From contig OZ059897.1 of NCBI GenBank assembly GCA_964057225.1, positions 4,774,001 to 4,838,000 on the forward strand: a stretch of 64,000 nucleotides of DNA, in the 5' to 3' direction. Made by a program: the position numbers and the translations under genes. Shown piece by piece: positions 30,001-41,167 of this stretch. The notes beneath the pieces are model-generated. The model was not told where the DNA came from. It worked only from the letters and a program-made list of their open reading frames with translations, and made no database searches. Source of the DNA: Auanema rhodensis (taxonomy: Eukaryota > Animalia > Nematoda). Positions within the stretch are counted from its first letter, which is position 1. Each line of letters starts with the position of its first letter.

Positions 30001-33000
30001 AATCGAGGATATAAGTGTGAACATATATCAGTTGATATCTCGGTGCATTTTTAAGCTAACTCAAATCTGATAACACAGATCGACGCAGCTTAAAAATCCG
30101 CATCGAATGCACTACACTACCTTGAGAAACGCTCTTTACAAAAATTAGTTATGATCGTTTGAAAAATAATGCATTAGTGTATGTTGAGTTCCCATGTACA
30201 CTCAACATTGCTTCCAAAAACATTTTGACAAAAATATTCCCGAAAAATTTCTAAATAATTTGACAAAAAGTAGATGTTTTTAGATTTCTTTTTTCAAAGC
30301 GAAGACATTGGACAATGTTTTTCAACGAAAAAATCATTTCTTCAGGGTGAAAATCGAGGATATAAGTGTGAACATATATCAGTTGATATCTCGGTGCATT
30401 TTTAAGCTAACTCAAATCTGATAACACAGATCGACGCAGCTTAAAAATCCGCATCGAATGCACTATATTACATTGAGAAACGCTCTATACAAAAATTAGT
30501 TATGATCGTTTGAAAAATAATGCATTAGTGTATGTTGAGTTCCCATGTACACTCAACATTGCTTCCAAAAACATTTTGACAAAAATTTTCCCGAAAAATT
30601 TCTAAATAATTTCACAAAAAGTAGATGTTTTTAGATTCCTTTTTTCAAGACGAAGACGATGGACAATGTTTTTCAACGAAAAAATCATTTCTTCAGAGTG
30701 AAAATCGAGGATATAAGTGTGAACATATATCAGTTGATATCTCGGTGCATTTTTAAGCTAACTCAAATCTGATAACACAGATCGACGCAGCTTAAAAATC
30801 CGCATCGAATGCACTATATTACATTGAGAAACGCTCTATACAAAAATTAGTTATGATCGTTTGAAAAATAATGCATTAGTGTATGTTGAGTTCCCATGTA
30901 CACTCAACATTGCTTCCAAAAACATTTTGACAAAAATTTTCCCGAAAAATTTCTAAATAATTTCACAAAAAGTAGATGTTTTTAGATTCCTTTTTTCAAG
31001 GCGAAGACGATGGACAATGTTATGCAACAAAAAAATCATTTCTTCAGGGTTAAAATCGAGGATATAAGTGTGAAACTATATCAGTTGATATCTCGGTGCA
31101 TTTTTAAGCTAGCTCAAATCTGATAACACAGATCGACGCAGCTTAAAAATTCGCATCGAATGCACTATACTACATTGAGAAACGCTATCTACAAAAATTA
31201 GTTATGATCGTTCGAAAAATAATGCATTAGTGTATGTTGAGTTCCCATGTACACTCAACATTGCTTCCAAAAACATTTTGACAAAAATTTTCCCGAAAAA
31301 TTTCTAAATAATTTCACAAAAAGTAGATGTTTTTAGATTCCTTTTTTCAAGGCGAAGACATTGGACAATGTTTTTCAACGAAAAAATCATTTCTTCAGGG
31401 TGAAAATCGAGGATATATGTGTGAACATATATCAGTTGATATCTCGGTGCATTTTTAAGCTAACTCAAATCTGATAACACAGATCGACGCAGCTTAAAAA
31501 TCCGCATCGAATGCACTACACTACCTTGAGAAACGCTCTTTACAAAAATTAGTTATGATCGTTTGAAAAATAATGCATTAGTGTATGTTGAGTTCCCATG
31601 TACACTCAACATTGCTTCCAAAAACATTTTGACAAAAATTTTCCCGAAAAATTTCTAAATAATTTCACAAAAAGTAGATGTTTTTAGATTCCTTTTTTCG
31701 AGACGAAGACGATGGACAATGTTTTTCAACGAAAAAATCATTTCTTCAGGGTTAAAATCGAGGATATAAGTGTGAAACTATATCAGTTGATATCTCGGTG
31801 CATTTTTAAGCTAGCTCAAATCTGATAACACAGATCGACGCAGCTTAAAAATTCGCATCGAATGCACTATACTACATTGAGAAACGCTATCTACAAAAAT
31901 TAGTTATGATCGTTCGAAAAATAATGCATTAGTGTATGTTGAGTTCCCATGTACACTCAACATTGCTTCCAAAAACATTTTGACAAAAATTTTCCCGAAA
32001 AATTTCTAAATAATTTCACAAAAAGTAGATGTTTTTAGATTCCTTTTTTCAAGGCGAAGACATTGGACAATGTTTTTCAACGAAAAAATCATTTCTTCAG
32101 GGTGAAAATCGAGGATATATGTGTGAACATATATCAGTTGATATCTCGGTGCATTTTTAAGCTAACTCAAATCTGATAACACAGATCGACGCAGCTTAAA
32201 AATCCGCATCGAATGCACTACACTACCTTGAGAAACGCTCTTTACAAAAATTAGTTATGATCGTTTGAAAAATAATGCATTAGTGTATGTTGAGTTCCCA
32301 TGTACACTCAACATTGCTTCCAAAAACATTTTGACAAAAATTTTCCCGAAAAATTTCTAAATAATTTCACAAAAAGTAGATGTTTTTAGATTCCTTTTTT
32401 CGAGACGAAGACGATGGACAATGTTTTTCAACGAAAAAATCATTTCTTCAGGGTTAAAATCGAGGATATAAGTGTGAAACTATATCAGTTGATATCTCGG
32501 TGCATTTTTAAGCTAACTCAAATCTGATAACACAGATCGACGCAGCTTAAAAATCCGCATCGAATGCACTATATTACATTGAGAAACGCTCTATACAAAA
32601 ATTAGTTATGATCGTTTGAAAAATAATGCATTAGTGTATGTTGAGTTCCCATGTACACTCAACATTGCTTCCAAAAACATTTTGACAAAAATTTTCCCGA
32701 AAAATTTCTAAATAATTTCACAAAAAGTAGATGTTTTTAGATTCTTTTTTTCAAGACGAAGACGATGGACAATGTTTTTCAACGAAAAAATCATTTCTTC
32801 AGAGTGAAAATCGAGGATATAAGTGTGAACATATATCAGTTGATATCTCGGTGCATTTTTAAGCTAACTCAAATCTGATAACACAGATCGACGCAGCTTA
32901 AAAATCCGCATCGAATGCACTATATTACATTGAGAAACGCTCTATACAAAAATTAGTTATGATCGTTTGAAAAATAATGCATTAGTGTATGTTGAGTTCC

Positions 33001-36000
33001 CATGTACACTCAACATTGCTTCCAAAAACATTTTGACAAAAATTTTCCCGAAAAATTTCTAAATAATTTCACAAAAAGTAGATGTTTTTAGATTCCTTTT
33101 TTCAAGACGAAGACGATGGACAATGTTTTTCAACGAAAAAATCATTTCTTCAGAGTGAAAATCGAGGATATAAGTGTGAACATATATCAGTTGATATCTC
33201 GGTGCATTTTTAAGCTAACTCAAATCTGATAACACAGATCGACGCAGCTTAAAAATCCGCATCGAATGCACTATATTACATTGAGAAACGCTCTATACAA
33301 AAATTAGTTATGATCGTTTGAAAAATAATGCATTAGTGTATGTTGAGTTCCCATGTACACTCAACATTGCTTCCAAAAACATTTTGACAAAAATTTTCCC
33401 GAAAAATTTCTAAATAATTTCACAAAAAGTAGATGTTTTTAGATTCCTTTTTTCAAGACGAAGACGATGGACAATGTTTTTCAACGAAAAAATCATTTCT
33501 TCAGAGTGAAAATCGAGGATATAAGTGTGAACATATATCAGTTGATATCTCGGTGCATTTTTAAGCTAACTCAAATCTGATAACACAGATCGACGCAGCT
33601 TAAAAATCCGCATCGAATGCACTATATTACATTGAGAAACGCTCTATACAAAAATTAGTTATGATCGTTTGAAAAATAATGCATTAGTGTATGTTGAGTT
33701 CCCATGTACACTCAACATTGCTTCCAAAAACATTTTGACAAAAATTTTCCCGAAAAATTTCTAAATAATTTCACAAAAAGTAGATGTTTTTAGATTCCTT
33801 TTTTCAAGGCGAAGACGATGGACAATGTTATGCAACAAAAAAATCATTTCTTCAGGGTTAAAATCGAGGATATAAGTGTGAAACTATATCAGTTGATATC
33901 TCGGTGCATTTTTAAGCTAGCTCAAATCTGATAACACAGATCGACGCAGCTTAAAAATTCGCATCGAATGCACTATACTACATTGAGAAACGCTATCTAC
34001 AAAAATTAGTTATGATCGTTTGAAAAATAATGCATTAGTGTATGTTGAGTTCCCATGTACACTCAACATTGCTTCCAAAAACATTTTGACAAAAATTTTC
34101 CCGAAAAATTTCTAAATAATTTCACAAAAAGTAGATGTTTTTAGATTCCTTTTTTCAAGGCGAAGACATTGGACAATGTTTTTCAACGAAAAAATCATTT
34201 CTTCAGGGTGAAAATCGAGGATATATGTGTGAACATATATCAGTTGATATCTCGGTGCATTTTTAAGCTAACTCAAATCTGATAACACAGATCGACGCAG
34301 CTTAAAAATCCGCATCGAATGCACTACACTACCTTGAGAAACGCTCTTTACAAAAATTAGTTATGATCGTTTGAAAAATAATGCATTAGTGTATGTTGAG
34401 TTCCCATGTACACTCAACATTGCTTCCAAAAACATTTTGACAAAAATTTTCCCGAAAAATTTCTAAATAATTTCACAAAAAGTAGATGTTTTTAGATTCC
34501 TTTTTTCGAGACGAAGACGATGGACAATGTTTTTCAACGAAAAAATCATTTCTTCAGGGTTAAAATCGAGGATATAAGTGTGAAACTATATCAGTTGATA
34601 TCTCGGTGCATTTTTAAGCTAACTCAAATCTGATAACACAGATCAACGCAGCTTAGAAATCCGCATCGAATGCACTATACTACATTGAGAAACGCTCTAT
34701 ACAAAAATTAGTTATTATCGTTTGAAAAATAATGCATTAGTGTATGCTGAGTTCCCATGTACACTCAACATTGCTTCCAAAAACATTTTGACAAAAATTT
34801 TCCCGAAAAATTTCTAAATAATTTCACAAAAAGTAGATGTTTTTAGATTCCTTTTTTCAAGACGAAGACGATGGACAATGGTTTTCAACGAAAAAATCAT
34901 TTCTTCAGGGTTAAAATCGAGGATATAAGTGTGAACATATATCAGTTGATATCTCGGTGCATTTTTAAGCTAACTCAAATCTGATAACACAGATCAACGC
35001 AGCTTAAAAATCCGCATCGAATGCACTATACTACATTGAGAAACGCTCTATACAAAAATTAGTTATTATCGTTTGAAAAATAATGCATTAGTGTATGCTG
35101 AGTTCCCATGTACACTCAACATTGCTTCCAAAAACATTTTGACAAAAATTTTCCCGAAAAATTTCTAAATAATTTCACAAAAAGTAGATGTTTTTAGATT
35201 TCTTTTTTCAAAGCGAAGACATTGGACAATGTTTTTCAACGAAAAAATCATTTCTTCAGGGTGAAAATCGAGGATATAAGTGTGAACATATATCAGTTGA
35301 TATCTCGGTGCATTTTTAAGCTAACTCAAATCTGATAACACAGATCAACGCAGCTTAAAAATCCGCATCGAATGCACTATACTACATTGAGAAACGCTCT
35401 ATACAAAAATTACTTATTATCGTTTGAAAAATAATGCATTAGTGTATGCTGAGTTCCCATGTACACTCAACATTGCTTCCAAAAACATTTTGACAAAAAT
35501 TTTCCCGAAAAATTTCTAAATAGTTTCACAAAAAGTAGATGTTTTTAGATTCCTTTTTTCAAGGCGAAGACATTGGATAATGTTTTTCAACGAAAAAATC
35601 ATTTCTTCAGGGTGAAAATCGAGAATATAAGTGTGAACCTATATCAGTTGATATCTCGGTGCATTTTTAAGCTAGCTCAAATCTGATAACACAGATCGAC
35701 GCAGCTTAAAAATCCGCATCGAATGCACTATACTACATTGAGAAACGCTATTTACAAAAATCAGTTATGATCGTTTGAAAAATAATGCATTAGTGTATGT
35801 TGAGTTCCCATGTACACTCAACATTGCTTCCAAAAACATTTTGACAAAAATTTTCCCGAAAAATTTCTAAATAGTTTCACAAAAAGTAGATGTTTTTAGA
35901 TTCCTTTTTTCAAGACGAAGACGATGGACAATGTTTTTCAACGAAAAAATCATTTCTTCAGAGTGAAAATCGAGGATATAAGTGTGAACATATATCAGTT

Positions 36001-38797
36001 GATATCTCGGTGCATTTTTAAGCTAACTCAAATCTGATAACACAGATCGACGCAGCTTAAAAATCCGCATCGAATGCACTATATTACATTGAGAAACGCT
36101 CTATACAAAAATTAGTTATGATCGTTTGAAAAATAATGCATTAGTGTATGTTGAGTTCCCATGTACACTCAACATTGCTTCCAAAAACATTTTGACAAAA
36201 ATTTTCCCGAAAAATTTCTAAATAATTTCACAAAAAGTAGATGTTTTTAGATTCCTTTTTTCAAGGCGAAGACGATGGACAATGTTATGCAACAAAAAAA
36301 TCATTTCTTCAGGGTTAAAATCGAGGATATAAGTGTGAAACTATATCAGTTGATATCTCGGTGCATTTTTAAGCTAGCTCAAATCTGATAACACAGATCG
36401 ACGCAGCTTGAAAATCCGCATCGAATGCACTATACTACATTGAGAAACGCTCTATACAAAAATTAGTTATTATCGTTTGAAAAATAATGCATTAGTGTAT
36501 GCTGAGTTCCCATGTACACTCAACATTGCTTCCAAAAACATTTTGACAAAAATTTTCCCGAAAAATTTCTAAATAATTTCACGAAAAGTAGATGTTTTTA
36601 GATTCCTTTTTTCAAGGCAAAGACGATGGACAATGTTATGCAACAAAAAAATCATTTCTTCAGGGTTAAAATCGAGGATATAAGTGTGAAACTATATCAG
36701 TTGATATCTCGGTGCATTTTTAAGCTAGCTCAAATCTGATAACACAGATCAACGCAGCTTAAAAATCCGCATCGAATGCACTATACTACATTGAGAAACG
36801 CTCTATACAAAAATTACTTATTATCGTTTGAAAAATAATGCATTAGTGTATGCTGAGTTCCCATGTACACTCAACATTGCTTCCAAAAACATTTTGACAA
36901 AAATTTTCCCGAAAAATTTCTAAATAGTTTCACAAAAAGTAGATGTTTTTAGATTCCTTTTTTCAAGGCGAAGACATTGGATAATGTTTTTCAACGAAAA
37001 AATCATTTCTTCAGGGTGAAAATCGAGAATATAAGTGTGAACCTATATCAGTTGATATCTCGGTGCATTTTTAAGCTAGCTCAAATCTGATAACACAGAT
37101 CGACGCAGCTTAAAAATCCGCATCGAATGCACTATACTACATTGAGAAACGCTATTTACAAAAATCAGTTATGATCGTTTGAAAAATAATGCATTAGTGT
37201 ATGTTGAGTTCCCATGTACACTCAACATTGCTTCCAAAAACATTTTGACAAAAATTTTCCCGAAAAATTTCTTAATAGTTTCACAAAAAGTAGATGTTTT
37301 TAGATTCCTTTTTTCAAGACGAAGACGATGGACAATGTTTTTCAACGAAAAAATCATTTCTTCAGAGTGAAAATCGAGGATATAAGTGTGAACATATATC
37401 AGTTGATATCTCGGTGCATTTTTAAGCTAACTCAAATCTGATAACACAGATCGACGCAGCTTAAAAATCCGCATCGAATGCACTATATTACATTGAGAAA
37501 CGCTCTATACAAAAATTAGTTATGATCGTTTGAAAAATAATGCATTAGTGTATGTTGAGTTCCCATGTACACTCAACATTGCTTCCAAAAACATTTTGAC
37601 AAAAATTTTCCCGAAAAATTTCTAAATAATTTCACAAAAAGTAGATGTTTTTAGATTCCTTTTTTCAAGGCGAAGACGATGGACAATGTTATGCAACAAA
37701 AAAATCATTTCTTCAGGGTTAAAATCGAGGATATAAGTGTGAAACTATATCAGTTGATATCTCGGTGCATTTTTAAGCTAGCTCAAATCTGATAACACAG
37801 ATCGACGCAGCTTGAAAATCCGCATCGAATGCACTATACTACATTGAAAAACGCTATCTACAAAAATTAGTTATGATCGTTTGAAAAATAATGCATTAGT
37901 GTATGTTGAGTTCCCATGTACACTCAACATTGCTTCCAAAAACATTTTGACAAAAATTTTCCCGAAAAATTTCTAAATAATTTCACGAAAAGTAGATGTT
38001 TTTAGATTCCTTTTTTCAAGGCAAAGACGATGGACAATGTTATGCAACAAAAAAATCATTTCTTCAGGGTTAAAATCGAGGATATAAGTGTGAAACTATA
38101 TCAGTTGATATCTCGGTGCATTTTTAAGCTAGCTCAAATCTGATAACACAGATCGACGCAGCTTGAAAATCCGCATCGAATGCACTATACTACATTGAGA
38201 AACGCTATCTACAAAAATTAGTTATGATCGTTTGAAAAATAATGCATTAGTGTATGTTGAGTTCCCATGTACACTCAACATTGCTTCCAAAAACATTTTG
38301 ACAAAAATTTTCCCGAAAAATTTCTAAATAATTTCACGAAAAGTAGATGTTTTTAGATTCCTTTTTTCAAGGCAAAGACGATGGACAATGTTATGCAACA
38401 AAAAAATCATTTCTTCAGGGTTAAAATCGAGGATATAAGTGTGAAACTATATCAGTTGATATCTCGGTGCATTTTTAAGCTAGCTCAAATCTGATAACAC
38501 AGATCGACGCAGCTTGAAAATCCGCATCGAATGCACTATACTACATTGAGAAACGCTATCTACAAAAATTAGTTATGATCGTTTGAAAAATAATGCATTA
38601 GTGTATGTTGAGTTCCCATGTACACTCAACATTGCTTCCAAAAACATTTTGACAAAAATTTTCCCGAAAAATTTCTAAATAATTTCACAAAAAGTAGATG
38701 TTTTTAGATTCCTTTTTTCGAGACGAAGACGATGGACAATGTTTTTCAACGAAAAAATCATTTCTTCAGGGTGAAAATCGAGGATATAAGTGTGAAA
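1..38797. repeat. 351-bp tandem satellite array (SatA), about 110.5 monomers, continuing past the left window edge
   Basis: AGTTCCCATGTACACTCAAC recurs at 1, 352, 7021, 14041, 21061, 28081, 35101 and 38611, all 1+351n. Monomers differ only by a limited set of recurrent substitutions. The last partial monomer ends at ...ATAAGTGTGAAA (38797). Confidence 0.99.
24922..33345. repeat. Tandem duplication of a 12-monomer (4212-bp) higher-order unit within SatA
   Basis: Rare variants recur exactly 4212 bp apart and in the same order: TAATAC (25201/29413), GTTCGAAA, ATATGTGTG, TTCGAGAC and GATTCTTTTTTTC (about 28530/32742). Ends are approximate. Confidence 0.85.
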
Positions 38798-38817
38798 TTT
38801 TTTTTAATTTCAAAAAT
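38798..38817. other. 20-bp non-satellite linker at the SatA/SatB junction
   Basis: TTTTTTTTAATTTCAAAAAT does not continue SatA (expected CTATATC) and does not match the SatB sequence preceding TTTTGAAAACCGC (GGGGAATCTAA). Boundaries are uncertain by a few bp because of A/T runs. Confidence 0.85.
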
Positions 38818-41167
38818 TTTTGAAAACCGCATCTCTTTATCTTTCACGTGAAGTGAGTTACATACCAAGTGCACATCACGTGTACATTTAATTAGCATAA
38901 ATTAAAGTTCACGTAAATTTCAAAGTCATGGTTACCATGCACTAATATCAATAAAAATTTGTTTTTAGACTAATATGGACATGGGGAATCTAATTTTGAA
39001 AACCGCATCTCTTTATCTTTCACGTGAAGCAAGTTACATACCAAGTGCACATCACGTGTACATTTAATTAGCATAAATTAAAGTTCACGTAAATTTCAAA
39101 GTCATGGTTACCATGCACTAATATCAATAAAAATTTGTTTTTAGACTAATATGGACATGGGGAATCTAATTTTGAAAACCGCATCTCTTTATCTTTCACG
39201 TGAAGTGGGTTACATACCAAGTGCACATCACGTGTACATTTAATTAGCATAAATTAAAGTTCACGTAAATTTCAAAGTCATGGTTACCATGCACTAATAT
39301 CAATAAAAATTTGTTTTTAGACTAATATGGACATGGGGAATCTAATTTTGAAAACCGCATCTCTTTATCTTTCACGTGAAGCGAGTTACATACCAAGTGC
39401 ACATCACGTATACATTTAATTAGCATAAATTATAGTTCACGTAAATTTCAAAGTCATGGTTACCATGCACCAATATCAATAAAAATTTGTTTTTAGACTA
39501 ATATGGACATGGGGAATCTAATTTTGAAAACCGCATCTCTTTATCTTTCACGTGAAGCGAGTTACATACCAAGTGCACATCACGTGTACATTTAATTAGC
39601 ATAACTTAAAGTTCACGTAAATTTCAAAGTCATGGTTACCATGCACCAATATCAATAAAAATTTGTTTTTAGACTAATATGGACATGAGGAATATAATTT
39701 TGAAAATCGCATCTCTTTATCTTTCACGTGAAGTGAGTTACATACCAAGTGCACATCACGTGTACATTTAATTAGCATAAATTAAAGTTCACGTAAATTT
39801 CAAAGTCATGGTTACCATGCACTAATATCAATAAAAATTTGTTTTTAGACTAATATGGACATGGGGAATCTAATTTTGAAAACCGCATCTCTTTATCTTT
39901 CACGTGAAGCAAGTTACATACCAAGTGCACATCACGTGCACATTTAATTAGCATAAATTAAAGTTCACGTAAATTTCAAAGTCATGGTTACCATGCACCA
40001 ATATCAATAAAAATTTGTTTTTAGACTAATATGGACATGGGGAATCTAATTTTGAAAACCGCATCTCGTTATCTTTCACGTGAAGCAAGTTACATACCAA
40101 GTGCACATCACGTGTACATTTAATTAGCATAAATTAAAGTTCACGTAAATTTCAAAGTCATGGTTACCATGCACCAATATCAATAAAAATTTGTTTTTAG
40201 ACTAATATGGACATGGGGAATCTAATTTTGAAAACCGCATCTCTTTATCTTTCACGTGAAGCGAGTTACATACCAAGTGCACATCACGTGTACATTTAAT
40301 TAGCATAAATTAAAGTTCACGTAAATTTCAAAGTCATGGTTACCATGCACCAATATCAATAAAAATTTGTTTTTAGACTAATATGGACATGGGGAATCTA
40401 ATTTTGAAAACCGCATCTCTTTATCTTTCACGTGAAGCAAGTTACATACCAAGTGCACATCACGTGCACATTTAATTAGCATAAATTAAAGTTCACGTAA
40501 ATTTCAAAGTCATGGTTACCATGCACCAATATCAATAAAAATTTGTTTTTAGACTAATATGGACATGGGGAATCTAATTGTGAAAACCGCATCTCTTTAT
40601 CTTTCACGTGAAGCGAGTTACATACCAAGTGCACATCACGTATACATTTAATTAGCATAAATTATAGTTCACGTAAATTTCAAAGTCATGGTTACCATGC
40701 ACCAATATCAATAAAAATTTGTTTTTAGACTAATATGGACATGGGGAATCTAATTGTGAAAACCGCATCTCTTTATCTTTCACGTGAAGCGAGTTACATA
40801 CCAAGTGCACATCACGTATACATTTAATTAGCATAAATTATAGTTCACGTAAATTTCAAAGTCATGGTTACCATGCACCAATATCAATAAAAATTTGTTT
40901 TTAGACTAATATGGACATGGGGAATCTAATTTTGAAAACCGCATCTCTTTATCTTTCACGTGAAGCGAGTTACATACCAAGTGCACATCACGTGTACATT
41001 TAATTAGCATAAATTAAAGTTCACGTAAATTTCAAAGTCATGGTTACCATGCACCAATATCAATAAAAATTTGTTTTTAGACTAATATGGACATGAGGAA
41101 TATAATTTTGAAAATCGCATCTCTTTATCTTTCACGTGAAGTGAGTTACATACCAAGTGCACATCAC
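38818..41167. repeat. 176-bp tandem satellite (SatB), left block, about 13.3 monomers
   Basis: TGAAAACCGCATCTC at 38821, 38997 and onward with 176-bp period; interrupted after ...GTGCACATCAC (41167). Confidence 0.99.

Noticed and set aside
37169-37370. 62-aa and 63-aa ORFs on both strands
   Set aside because: Same cause: a single variant (TTCTTAA) opens frames in one SatA monomer.
38875-38975. Resemblance to a budding-yeast point centromere (ATCACGTG = CDEI consensus, TGTTTTT 77 bp later)
   Set aside because: No CDEIII CCG core, the spacer is far less AT-rich than CDEII, and the context is a tandem satellite; coincidence.
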